Below are positions 29,677 through 39,610 of a stretch of 64,000 bases of DNA, piece after piece; the stretch's first letter is position 1; every line of letters starts with the position of its first letter. Where the stretch lies: contig JAGMBY010000053.1 in NCBI GenBank assembly GCA_023129485.1, positions 1,214 through 65,213 on the forward strand. Reading direction: 5' to 3'. The notes under the pieces were generated by a model. It ran no database searches. It was not told where the DNA came from and saw nothing but the letters and a program-made list of their open reading frames with translations. A program made the position numbers and the translations under genes. Source of the DNA: Actinomycetes bacterium (lineage in GTDB: Bacteria > Actinomycetota > Humimicrobiia > JAHJRV01).

Positions 29677-32376
29677 TTGGAAAATTATAGAATAACAATT
29701 CCTTTAGAGGATAAAGAAATAATTTTGGAAACCGGAGAATTAGCAAAACAAGCAGATGGAGCTATTTTAGTTAGGTGTGGAAAGACAGTTCTATTAGTTA
29801 CTGTAGTTGAGTCTAAGACTGAAAGGGGCAATAAAGATTTCTTCCCACTACTCGTCGATATTGAAGAGAAAATGTATGCTGCTGGAGAAATTCCTGGTGG
29901 TTTTATAAAAAGAGAGGGAAGACCTAGTGAAGAATCAATATTGACTGCCAGATTAATTGATAGACCCATTAGACCTCTATTTCCTGATGATTATCGAAGT
30001 GATGTTCAAATAATAGCTACTATTCTTTCAGTGGATAAAATAAATCCATTTGATAATTTAGGTATATTAGGTGCATCAGCAGCATTAACTATTTCCAATA
30101 TACCCTTTTTAGGTCCAATTGGTGCAGTAAGAGTTGGTTATATAAATGATAAATACTTGATAAATCCAACTTATCAACAGTTGCAAGAAAGCTCATTGAA
30201 TTTAGTTATGGCTGGAACGAAGGAAAGTATAGCTATGATGGAAGCAAAAGCAAATGAGGTATCTGAGGAAGTTTTAATAGGAGCTATTGAAGCTGCAAAA
30301 CAGATTATTAATCTACAGATTGATAAGCAAATGGAATTTAGTAAGCAAGTTAACTTGATGAAAGATAAGGTAATTGATATTGCTAAAGAATCTTTAGTAG
30401 AAGCAGTAAAAATTGAAGATGAAAAAATCAGGCGGAGCGAAATCTCTAAAATAAATAAAGAATCAATATCAAAAACTATTGAATTAGCTGCTGAAGAGCT
30501 TAAAGAAGATTGGAAAAATAAGACTCCATATATGGAGTTGTCTCTAAGAAAATTAGAAAAAGAACTGACAGAAGAATTTCTGTATTCAAAGTTGGTCGAA
30601 ATGATAAAGGAACAAATACAAAATACTTTTCTAATCGATGATGTTGAAGTAAGAAAGGAAACTATAACTGAATTAAAGGATGAAACTATTGAAGAAATTA
30701 ATAATAATTGGCCTGAATATCAAACATTAACAGCAAAACTTATAAGAAAGATAGAAAATGAAGCTGCAGAGGAATTTTTCGCAGAAAAACTCTTGAATAT
30801 AGTTCGTGAACCAATGCTAAAAATATTCTTAATTAATGATATTGAAGAAAAAGAAGTAATGATGGATCAATTAAAAGAGAAAGCAGTTACTCAGTTGGGA
30901 AAAGGTTGGGGAAGATACAAGGGAATAATAAATAATATCTATTCAAATTTAGAGAAGGAATTGGTTAGAAAAAGGATTTTAGAAGATGGAATACGACCAG
31001 ATAATAGAAAAGCTACAGATATTAGAGAAATTTCGTGTAAAGCTGGATATCTTCCCAGAGACATAGTTCATGGCTCTGGACTATTTACAAGGGGACAAAC
31101 CCAGGTTTTAACAATACTCACTTTAGGAGAATTAAAAGAAAAGCAAATGATTAAGGGTTTAAGTGTAGAGGAAAGTAAAAGATATATGCATCACTATAAC
31201 TTCCCACCATTCAGCACTGGAGAAACTGGATTTTTAAGAGGTCCTCGTAGAAGGGAGATCGGTCATGGCGCATTAGCAGAAAAAGCACTATTACCATTAA
31301 TTCCCGATGAGGATGAATTTCCATATACATTAAGATTGGTATCTGAGGTTTTACAATCAAACGGTTCAACATCAATGGCCAGTGTTTGTTCAAGTACATT
31401 AGCATTAATGGATGCTGGTGTTCAAATAGAAAAAGCTGTAGCTGGAATAGCATTAGGTCTTGTTAAAAAAGATGATAAAGTGGTGATTCTCTCAGACATT
31501 TTGGGAAAAGAAGATCATTTTGGAGACATGGATTTTAAAGTGGCTGGAACAAAGGATGGAATTACTGCTGTACAGATGGATATAAAAATAACCGGAATTA
31601 CCACTCAAATAATTATTGATGCTCTCAAACAGGCTAAAGAAGGAAGGTTATTTATTCTATCTAAAATTTTAGATGAAATTAGTGAACCAAGAAGCGAACT
31701 CTCTCCTAATGCACCAAGAGTTATTAGAATGGAAGTTCCAATTGATAAAATAGGTGATATTATTGGAACAGGTGGAAAAGTAATAAATAGTATTATTGAT
31801 GAAACAGGGGTTAATATTGATATTGAAGATGATGGTAAGGTATATATTTATTCAACTGATGCAGAGAGTTCTAAGAGAGCTAAAGAAATGATTGAGGATA
31901 TCATAAAAGAGTATGAATCTACAATATATATTGAAACAAGTAAGATAGGTGAGGTAATTGGAACAGGTGGGAGTACTATAAAAAACATTCAGGAAAAAAC
32001 CAATTCGAGAATTGATATTGAAGATGATGGTAAATTACATATTCAATCATCAAGTGAGGAGAATCTATTGAAAGCTAAAAAGATGATACAGGATATCGTC
32101 CAGGAGGTTAAACATGTTTCAACAAATGATGTTAAAAATGGGCAGGAGTATATAGGAACTGTAATAAATACAACCTCATTTGGTGCATTTGTTGAAATAC
32201 TTCCTGGTGTTGAAGGATTACTACACATTTCAAAATTATCATATGGAAGAGTTGATAGGGTTGAAGATGTAGTTAAAGTGGGTGATAAAATCAAGGTTAT
32301 AGTTATTGGAAAAGATTTTACAGGTAAGATAGACCTGGATTCTCCTGAACTTAGGAAGAAAACAAGAGAACATTAA
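29677..32376 (+). CDS. pnp: Polynucleotide phosphorylase with expanded helical domain and two tandem KH domains
   Basis: RNase PH domains 1 and 2; KH motifs IGTGGKVINSI and IGTGGSTIKNI in tandem; S1 domain at the C-terminus. 899 aa versus about 700 typical. Confidence 0.9.
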   Translation: MENYRITIPLEDKEIILETGELAKQADGAILVRCGKTVLLVTVVESKTERGNKDFFPLLVDIEEKMYAAGEIPGGFIKREGRPSEESILTARLIDRPIRPLFPDDYRSDVQIIATILSVDKINPFDNLGILGASAALTISNIPFLGPIGAVRVGYINDKYLINPTYQQLQESSLNLVMAGTKESIAMMEAKANEVSEEVLIGAIEAAKQIINLQIDKQMEFSKQVNLMKDKVIDIAKESLVEAVKIEDEKIRRSEISKINKESISKTIELAAEELKEDWKNKTPYMELSLRKLEKELTEEFLYSKLVEMIKEQIQNTFLIDDVEVRKETITELKDETIEEINNNWPEYQTLTAKLIRKIENEAAEEFFAEKLLNIVREPMLKIFLINDIEEKEVMMDQLKEKAVTQLGKGWGRYKGIINNIYSNLEKELVRKRILEDGIRPDNRKATDIREISCKAGYLPRDIVHGSGLFTRGQTQVLTILTLGELKEKQMIKGLSVEESKRYMHHYNFPPFSTGETGFLRGPRRREIGHGALAEKALLPLIPDEDEFPYTLRLVSEVLQSNGSTSMASVCSSTLALMDAGVQIEKAVAGIALGLVKKDDKVVILSDILGKEDHFGDMDFKVAGTKDGITAVQMDIKITGITTQIIIDALKQAKEGRLFILSKILDEISEPRSELSPNAPRVIRMEVPIDKIGDIIGTGGKVINSIIDETGVNIDIEDDGKVYIYSTDAESSKRAKEMIEDIIKEYESTIYIETSKIGEVIGTGGSTIKNIQEKTNSRIDIEDDGKLHIQSSSEENLLKAKKMIQDIVQEVKHVSTNDVKNGQEYIGTVINTTSFGAFVEILPGVEGLLHISKLSYGRVDRVEDVVKVGDKIKVIVIGKDFTGKIDLDSPELRKKTREH

Positions 32377-32484
32377 TTTTCTTTTAATTCAGGTACAAGA
32401 TTATCTAAAAATTCTCTCAATTTTTATTCAATATTTTAATATTATTATGAATTGATTTATGAATAAAAAACTATGAAATAATTT

Positions 32485-33765
32485 ATGAATAAAACAAGAG
32501 AAATAAAAGAAATTTATAATCTCACCAGGTTAGATAATGGTTTAAGAATTATCAGTGAAAAAATACCTCATGTTCGCTCCATTTCTCTCGGCTTTTGGAT
32601 TGGAAAAGGCTCAAGAGACGAATCTGAAAATGAGAAAGGAATTACCCACCTGATTGAACATTTGCTTTTTAAAGGGACTCCAATAAGAGACGCAAAGCAG
32701 ATAGCAATAGAATTTGATGAAATTGGAGCAGAATTTAATGCTTTTACTTCAAAAGAGTATCTATGCTTATATTGCAAATTTTTAGATCAGCATCTTACTA
32801 AAGTTATAGCAATATTATCGGATGTGATTATAAATTCAAACTTTTTAAAAAAAGATGTAAATCTTGAAAAAAATGTTGTTTTAGAAGAAATAAAATCAAA
32901 AAATGATGCTCCGTCCTCAATAATTATTGATCTATTTAATAATTCATTATTTGGTAAACATCCTCTATCATTCCCAGTTTTAGGGCTACAATCTACGGTA
33001 AAATCTTTAACAAGAGATCAAATTTTTAATTTTTATAAGGATTCCATATCTAATAATAATATTGTCATAGCAAGTGTTGGAAATATTGAGCATGAGTTCC
33101 TTTTAAATCAGATAAAAAACTACTTAAAAATTCCTACAATTTTTATTCAAGAAAGGAAGAAATTCTCAGTAACACCAAGAAAAAAGATTGATATTATAAA
33201 AAGGGATATAGAACAGACTCATATATGTTATGGAACATTAGGAGTTGACCGAGAGGATGAAGATAGATTTACCTTATCTGTTTTACTTAATATTTTAGGT
33301 GGGAGTATGAGCTCTCGACTTTTCCAGGAAGTAAGGGAAAAAAGAGGATTAGCTTATAGCATATTTAGTTATCATTTAACATTTATGGATATAGGTTCAA
33401 TTATTATATATGCAGGAACAAGTACTAAAAATGTAGAAAATATAATAAAGATAATTAAGAAGGAAATAGATGGAATAAAAAAAGGTAAAATTGATAAAGA
33501 AGAACTTGAAAGATCTAAAAATAATATAAAGGGACATTTGGTTTTGGGATTAGAGGAAACAAATACACGAATGATAAGAATAGGAAAATCAATTCTAAGT
33601 AGAAATAAAGTTTTATCTATAAATGAAATTTTAAAAAGGATTGATGATGTTAGTTTAAATGATGTAATAAGAGTTACAAACACACTGTTTCACGAAGATA
33701 GTATGGTACTTACTGCAGTTGGACCAATAACTTATAAACAATTAGAAAAAGCCTATTTTGCTTAA
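32485..33765 (+). CDS. M16-family zinc peptidase (MlpA/YmxG-like)
   Basis: Inverted zincin motif HLIEHLLFKG (HxxEH). Position after pnp as in Bacillus. Confidence 0.85.
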   Translation: MNKTREIKEIYNLTRLDNGLRIISEKIPHVRSISLGFWIGKGSRDESENEKGITHLIEHLLFKGTPIRDAKQIAIEFDEIGAEFNAFTSKEYLCLYCKFLDQHLTKVIAILSDVIINSNFLKKDVNLEKNVVLEEIKSKNDAPSSIIIDLFNNSLFGKHPLSFPVLGLQSTVKSLTRDQIFNFYKDSISNNNIVIASVGNIEHEFLLNQIKNYLKIPTIFIQERKKFSVTPRKKIDIIKRDIEQTHICYGTLGVDREDEDRFTLSVLLNILGGSMSSRLFQEVREKRGLAYSIFSYHLTFMDIGSIIIYAGTSTKNVENIIKIIKKEIDGIKKGKIDKEELERSKNNIKGHLVLGLEETNTRMIRIGKSILSRNKVLSINEILKRIDDVSLNDVIRVTNTLFHEDSMVLTAVGPITYKQLEKAYFA

Positions 33766-33916
33766 AAAACAAATAATTTTTTAATAATTCTTTAAATAGA
33801 AGGAAAAAGCTTACCTTATTTACTTTAATAATATTCTATAAATAGAATTAACATTTAGAATTAATAAAGTAATAATATGAATAATACGAAATTATTAGAA
33901 ACTTAAATAGTAATAG

Positions 33917-34002
33917 GGGTCAGGCCTTGACATGAGACATATCAGCTTTGGGTATACTTTCTCGACTGAAAATGTCTTCGAAAGTATACCACAAAGCTAT
34001 TA
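33917..34002 (+). repeat. Intergenic palindrome repeat, copy C (full: GGTCAGG..CATATCAG extension plus 17-bp stem with bulged A)
   Basis: Near-identical to copy A apart from a compensating pair of substitutions. Confidence 0.85.
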
Positions 34003-34039
34003 ATATATATCATATAAATCATAAAAAGGAGATGAAATT

Positions 34040-34834
34040 ATGATAAGGGTGGTGGTAACTGGAGTGAATGGAAGAATGGGAAGTACAATTTGTAGAGGAA
34101 TACTTTCAGAGGAAGATATTAAGTTGGTAGCAGGAGTAAGTACTGGTAAGGCAGGTATGGATATAGGTCAAATAATTGGAGTTTCTGATATTAGTATTAA
34201 AGCTGTCAAAACAGTTGAAGAAGCATTAGATAGTAAACCAGAAGTTCTAATTGACTTTACACACGCTTCAGTAGCACCTGGTAACATAATCTTTGCATTA
34301 AAAAACAAAATTCATGCAGTAGTTGGTACAACTGGAATAGATGAACAAGAAATACAAAAGATAAAAGAAAAATCAGACGAAGGGAAAGCCAATGTTATTA
34401 TGACTCCAAATTTTGCAATTGGAGCAGTACTTATGATGAATTTTGTTAAAAAAGCAGCTCCAAATTTCAAGGATTGTGAGATAATTGAACTTCATCATGA
34501 TAAGAAAGCAGATGCTCCTTCTGGGACTGCATTAGCAACGGCTGAACTGATTAAGTATGTGTATGATAGTAGGAAGAGATTAAAAGAGGGGGAGAGGGAA
34601 AAAGTGGAAGGAGCAAGAGGTTGTTTAACATCAAATATCCATATTCATAGTGTGAGATTACCAGGTCTTATGGCTCATCAGGAGGTAATATTTGGAATTA
34701 CGGGACAGACTCTTACCATTAGACATGATTCTATTTCAAGAGATTCTTTTCTTCCTGGGATTTTTTTAGCAGTAAGAAAGATAGCAAAAATGCCTGGTTT
34801 TACTTATGGAATAGATAAATTATTAGGATTTTAG
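34040..34834 (+). CDS. dapB: 4-hydroxy-tetrahydrodipicolinate reductase
   Basis: N-terminal NAD(P) motif VTGVNGRMG and DapB signature EHHDKKADAPSGTAL. AAGGAG RBS. Confidence 0.9.
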   Translation: MIRVVVTGVNGRMGSTICRGILSEEDIKLVAGVSTGKAGMDIGQIIGVSDISIKAVKTVEEALDSKPEVLIDFTHASVAPGNIIFALKNKIHAVVGTTGIDEQEIQKIKEKSDEGKANVIMTPNFAIGAVLMMNFVKKAAPNFKDCEIIELHHDKKADAPSGTALATAELIKYVYDSRKRLKEGEREKVEGARGCLTSNIHIHSVRLPGLMAHQEVIFGITGQTLTIRHDSISRDSFLPGIFLAVRKIAKMPGFTYGIDKLLGF

Positions 34835-34835
34835 G

Positions 34836-36056
34836 ATGAAAATAGTAGTTCAAAAATTTGGTGGCACATCATTATTAACGGATGAAAGAAGAAAGAGGTG
34901 TGCTAAGAAAGTAATTGAATTAAAGAAAAGTGGAGAAGAACCAGTTGTTGTAGTTTCAGCCATTGGGAGGAAGGGAGATTCCTATGCAACCGATAGCCTG
35001 CTCAATTTAGTGGATATAGATTTTTCATCAAGAGAGGATTTGGATATGTTAATGTCATGTGGTGAGATAATTTCAGCAGTTATATTCTCAAATATTCTTC
35101 AGAAGATGGGATATAAAGCAAAATCGCTATCAGGTGAAATGGCAGGAATTATAACTGACAATAATTATAGTGATGCTCAAATTAAATGTATAAATGCAAA
35201 ATATATAAAGGATTTGTTAAAAAAAGATATAATACCAGTTGTAGCAGGGTTTCAGGGAAAAAGTGAGGAAGGTTTTATAACTACATTAGGAAGAGGTGGT
35301 AGTGATACTACTGCTATTGCTTTAGCAGTTGCTTTAAATGCGGAAAGAGTAGAGATATATTCTGATGTTCCAGGATTGTATACAGCTGATCCAAAAATAG
35401 TAAAAGGAGCAAAAATAATTGATAAAACCGAGTATGAGGAACTATTTAACATATCTTATCATGGAGCAAAGATAGTTAGCATTGAAGCAGCTGAAATGGC
35501 TCTAAAGAGTGATGATTTAGTTATGGAGTTAAAAAGTACTTTTAGTCCAGAGAAAGGAACAAGAGTTTCAAAAATGGTTGAGGAAGATAAAGTTTATTTT
35601 CAAACAAAAAAATTTGCGAGAGCTGTAACTCATATTCCAGATATAACACAGATTTCAATAGAGCTTGAAAAAGATATCGATGAAGATAAAAGGAGATTGA
35701 AAATATATAGAGTTCTTGCAAAAAAGGATATAAGTTTAGATATGTTTACAATTTCACCAGGTGTTTTAATTTTTAACATAAATAGCAAGGACAGGGATAA
35801 AGCTAATGAAGTTTTGAAAGAATTAAAGGTAAACTATAGATTAAGGAATAATTGTGCAAAGATCTCTATAGTAGGAACAAGAATTCACGGTGTACCAGGA
35901 ATTATGGCTAAAATAGCGAATTGTTTATATAGAAAAAAAATTAAAATTATACAAATTGTTGATTCTCATTCAACAATATCATGTCTTATAGATGAAAAGG
36001 ATGTAAATAAAGCATTAAAAACCCTTCATGAAGAATTTAATTTAGGAAACAACTAA
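34836..36056 (+). CDS. lysC: Aspartate kinase
   Basis: N-terminal VVQKFGGTSL kinase motif and C-terminal ACT domains. 406 aa. Confidence 0.9.
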   Translation: MKIVVQKFGGTSLLTDERRKRCAKKVIELKKSGEEPVVVVSAIGRKGDSYATDSLLNLVDIDFSSREDLDMLMSCGEIISAVIFSNILQKMGYKAKSLSGEMAGIITDNNYSDAQIKCINAKYIKDLLKKDIIPVVAGFQGKSEEGFITTLGRGGSDTTAIALAVALNAERVEIYSDVPGLYTADPKIVKGAKIIDKTEYEELFNISYHGAKIVSIEAAEMALKSDDLVMELKSTFSPEKGTRVSKMVEEDKVYFQTKKFARAVTHIPDITQISIELEKDIDEDKRRLKIYRVLAKKDISLDMFTISPGVLIFNINSKDRDKANEVLKELKVNYRLRNNCAKISIVGTRIHGVPGIMAKIANCLYRKKIKIIQIVDSHSTISCLIDEKDVNKALKTLHEEFNLGNN

Positions 36057-36070
36057 AAACTTAAAAATAG

Positions 36071-36163
36071 GAGCTTTGGGCATACTTTCTCCCTTCCCCT
36101 TCGTTACACTCGAGGGTCAAGGGCAGGCTCTGAAAATGTCTTTGAAAGTATACCGCAAAGCTA
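36071..36163 (+). repeat. Intergenic palindrome repeat, copy D, carrying a roughly 40-nt GC-rich hairpin insertion in the loop
   Basis: AGCTTTGGGCATACTTTC ... GAAAGTATACCGCAAAGCT, with the insertion TCCCTTCCCCTTCGTTACACTCGAGGGTCAAGGGCAGGC replacing the usual TCGAC loop segment. Confidence 0.85.
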
Positions 36164-36232
36164 AAAAATTGAAATTGATAATTAAACAAATAAAAATATT
36201 AAATTGAAATTTGAGGAGAGAATAAAAAGGCT

Positions 36233-37114
36233 ATGGAACTGAAGGGAAATCTATTTACAGCAATGGTTACGCCATTTAATGATGACTATAGTCTAAATCT
36301 AAATATGGCAAAAGAATTAGCAAAGAAATTAGTTGATGAAGGTTCAGATGGAATAGTAGTTTGTGGAACAACAGGTGAATCACCAACCCTAAGTAGAAAA
36401 GAGAAATGTAAAATGTTTGAAACTATTGTTGAAGCAGTTGGAGATGTTGCTACTGTAGTAGCTGGGACAGGAACATACTCAACAAAAGAAAGTGTAGAGT
36501 TATCAAAAGTTGCTCAAGAAATTGGAGTTGATGGGGTAATGATAGTTGGTCCTTATTATAATAAACCTCCTCAGGAGGGATTATATCAACATTTTAAAAC
36601 AATTGCAGAGAGTATAGATATTCCAGTTTTAATATACAATGTTCCTTCTAGGACATCTAGAAATATTGATGCACCTACTATAATTAGATTATCGGAAATA
36701 GAGAATATAGTTGCAGTAAAAGAGGCAAGTGGGGATTTTAAACAGATCACAAGGATAATAACGGGAACACCTCATACATTTAAGGTCTTAAGTGGAAATG
36801 ATGGTGATACATTTGGAGTTTTAAATCTGGGAGGAGATGGTATAGTTAGTGTTGCTTCCCATTTAGTTGGAAGAGAGATTAAAGAAATGATAGAAAGCCA
36901 CAAAAAAGGGGATATTAAAAAGGCGCTAGAAATTCATCTTAGACTTTTAGATATATTTGAAACACTGTTCATTACAACTAATCCTATTCCAGTAAAAACC
37001 ATGGTCAATATGATTGGAATAAAGGTTGGTCATTTAAGACTTCCACTTATTGGTGCAACAGAAAGTGAGAAAAAAAGATTTGAGGAATCTCTAGAAAAAT
37101 TAAATTTATTATAA
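36233..37114 (+). CDS. dapA: 4-hydroxy-tetrahydrodipicolinate synthase
   Basis: DapA motifs (GTTGES, IVAVKEASGD) and the Schiff-base lysine region. Confidence 0.9.
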   Translation: MELKGNLFTAMVTPFNDDYSLNLNMAKELAKKLVDEGSDGIVVCGTTGESPTLSRKEKCKMFETIVEAVGDVATVVAGTGTYSTKESVELSKVAQEIGVDGVMIVGPYYNKPPQEGLYQHFKTIAESIDIPVLIYNVPSRTSRNIDAPTIIRLSEIENIVAVKEASGDFKQITRIITGTPHTFKVLSGNDGDTFGVLNLGGDGIVSVASHLVGREIKEMIESHKKGDIKKALEIHLRLLDIFETLFITTNPIPVKTMVNMIGIKVGHLRLPLIGATESEKKRFEESLEKLNLL

Positions 37115-37275
37115 AAATCTATACTATAAAAATCTCATGGATTTTGAATAATTAATATTATTAATATTTATATTTAATGCATTAGTTAGTCTTATGAAAG
37201 AAGCACTATAGTAGTAATAAATACTAAAATAGCAGGAAATAACAAAAAAAATTAGAAATAGAAAAATAAAAAAGA

Positions 37276-39570
37276 ATGGAAAAAATGGGTAATAAAAGAA
37301 ACAAAAATTCAAAAAAAAGAAAGATTGGTAGAAATTCTTATAAGAGAAAAAAATATATTTCAAAAAGGAAATTAAGACCTCATAATAAAAATAATATAAA
37401 AATATTAAAAGAAAGAAAAGATCTATATGGATTATTTATATTGGGGATAGCACTTCTTCTTGGTGCATTTATCTATATAAAACCATCAGGTGTTTTTAAT
37501 GAGGTTATAAATAATATATTAGAAATGGCATTTGGAATTGGAAAATATGCCATTCCTTTCATACTTTTTACTTGGTCAATATCTTTTTTTATTAAAGAAG
37601 AGAAAATAAATTATGTACCTATAGGTATAGGTTTAATCCTTGCTTTCATATCAATTTTAGGTCTAATTTCTCTTAGATTAACAATTAACCAAATGCTGGA
37701 TAAAGACCTAATCTTAACTAATGGTGGATACGTGGGTGGTTTTCTGGCGTATGGCTTTTCAAAAATTATCAGTAAAATTGGATCATCCATTATTTTCTTA
37801 ATAACTTTTGCTATTTCAATCTTGATACTCACAAGGAAATCCATAAAAGAAATTAGGGATGATACAAAGAATCTATTTGTTAGATTAAAATCTAAAGGAC
37901 CCTTTTTAAAGAAGCCCAAAATAATGACTGAAAGAGCTAGGGAGATTTTAAAATCAGGTGAAATAGAAAGAAAGGGATTAAAACCCAAACATGCTATTGA
38001 AAGTGGTAAAGGATTTAAAAAAATATATGAAGCAGGGAAAGTTTATGAAATTGATAAGGACCTCCTGGATGAAACGAGCCCCGCTCAACTAGTTATGTCT
38101 GTTGCAAGTGTAATTGAGGATAAAAGCTATAAAATACCACCAATTTCACTATTAAAGAAATCTGAAACTTCAATTTCTGAAATTACACAAAAAGATGTGA
38201 AAGAAGCTGTAAGAATATTAGAAAGAGTACTATCAGATTTTAGAATAGAAGCAAAAGTTAGAAAGGTAACTAGAGGACCCAATGTAACTTTGTTTTCAAT
38301 AAAATTAGCTCCTGGTATAAAAGTTCAGAAGATATTTAGTATAGAAAATGATTTGTGTGTTGCTTTAGCAACTCCAGACTTAAGAATCTTAACACCTATT
38401 CCAGGAAGAGCTGCATTAGGAATTGAGGTTCCGAATAAAGTGAAAGAAATTGTAACTTTGGGGGACATATTGCTATCTCCAGATATTGATCAGGAAAGAG
38501 GTATATTAACAGTACCATTGGGGAAAGATTTAAAAGGGCAACCTTTATTTATTGATATAGTAGATATGCCACATTTACTTATAGCCGGATCTACAGGTTC
38601 GGGGAAAAGTTCATGCATAAACAATATGATAACTGCACTCTTATATCAGACGAGACCTTCAGATGTTAAATTTTTAATGATTGACCCAAAAATGATTGAA
38701 CTTTCCGTTTTTGATGGAATACCTCATCTACTTACAAATGTGATTACAAAACCAAAAGAAGCATCCTCAGCCCTTACCTGGGTTGTTAGAGAGATGGAGC
38801 AAAGATTTGAGATAATTGCAAAGGCCAGAGTCCGTTCTATAGAACAATATAATGCAAATTTGGATAAAATTAATAGTAGATTATCTGAAGATGAGAAAAA
38901 GTTTAAGCATATGCCATATATAATAATCTTTGTGGATGAGCTTTCTGATTTAATGATTGTCTCAGCAGCTGAAGTAGAAGACTCAATTTGCAGGATTGCT
39001 CAGATGGCGAGAGGTGTAGGAATTCACTTGATTATTGCAACACAAAGACCATCTGTGAATGTTATCACAGGATACATAAAGGCAAACATCCCATCAAGAA
39101 TAGCATTTTCTGTTACATCTGGAACAGATTCACGTGTTATACTTGACCAGATAGGAGCAGAAAAATTAGTAGGTAGGGGAGATATGTTATATCTTCCAAC
39201 AAGCTCGTCGTCTCCAATCAGAATTCAGGGATCATTTGTAACTCAGAAAGAAATAGAAAGCATTGTAACATATATAAAAAATCAGGTTAAACCAAGATAT
39301 ATTAAAGATATAACGAAAGTAGAATCAAAAATTTCTGAAAAAGTAACAGAAGATGAAGAACTTATAGAGGAAGCAATAAAAATGATATTGAAAGCTGGAT
39401 ATGCATCAGTTTCACTTTTGCAGAGAAGATTAAGATTAGGTTATTCAAGAGCAGGAAGATTAATAGACATATTGGAAGATATGGGAGTCGTTAGTGGTTA
39501 TGCTGGGAGTAAACCAAGGGAAGTTCTTATAACAGAAGAAGAATTTGAAAAAATAATATCCAGGAAATAG
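37276..39570 (+). CDS. ftsK: DNA translocase FtsK/SpoIIIE
   Basis: N-terminal TM segments, Walker A GSTGSGKS, FtsK ATPase core and C-terminal gamma winged-helix domain. Confidence 0.9.
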   Translation: MEKMGNKRNKNSKKRKIGRNSYKRKKYISKRKLRPHNKNNIKILKERKDLYGLFILGIALLLGAFIYIKPSGVFNEVINNILEMAFGIGKYAIPFILFTWSISFFIKEEKINYVPIGIGLILAFISILGLISLRLTINQMLDKDLILTNGGYVGGFLAYGFSKIISKIGSSIIFLITFAISILILTRKSIKEIRDDTKNLFVRLKSKGPFLKKPKIMTERAREILKSGEIERKGLKPKHAIESGKGFKKIYEAGKVYEIDKDLLDETSPAQLVMSVASVIEDKSYKIPPISLLKKSETSISEITQKDVKEAVRILERVLSDFRIEAKVRKVTRGPNVTLFSIKLAPGIKVQKIFSIENDLCVALATPDLRILTPIPGRAALGIEVPNKVKEIVTLGDILLSPDIDQERGILTVPLGKDLKGQPLFIDIVDMPHLLIAGSTGSGKSSCINNMITALLYQTRPSDVKFLMIDPKMIELSVFDGIPHLLTNVITKPKEASSALTWVVREMEQRFEIIAKARVRSIEQYNANLDKINSRLSEDEKKFKHMPYIIIFVDELSDLMIVSAAEVEDSICRIAQMARGVGIHLIIATQRPSVNVITGYIKANIPSRIAFSVTSGTDSRVILDQIGAEKLVGRGDMLYLPTSSSSPIRIQGSFVTQKEIESIVTYIKNQVKPRYIKDITKVESKISEKVTEDEELIEEAIKMILKAGYASVSLLQRRLRLGYSRAGRLIDILEDMGVVSGYAGSKPREVLITEEEFEKIISRK

Positions 39571-39610
39571 GATCCTCCAATTTTTTAATTAAGCAAAAAT
39601 TATTAAAAAA

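Noticed and set aside
33766-34039. Possible lysine riboswitch (L-box) upstream of dapB-lysC or between lysC and dapA
   Set aside because: No L-box conserved blocks are present. The structured sequence present is the multi-copy palindrome repeat, which also occurs next to unrelated genes.
37124-37363. 79-aa minus-strand ORF overlapping the ftsK start
   Set aside because: Low-complexity F/Y-rich translation of an A-rich region with no RBS. The overlapping ftsK N-terminus is the better model.
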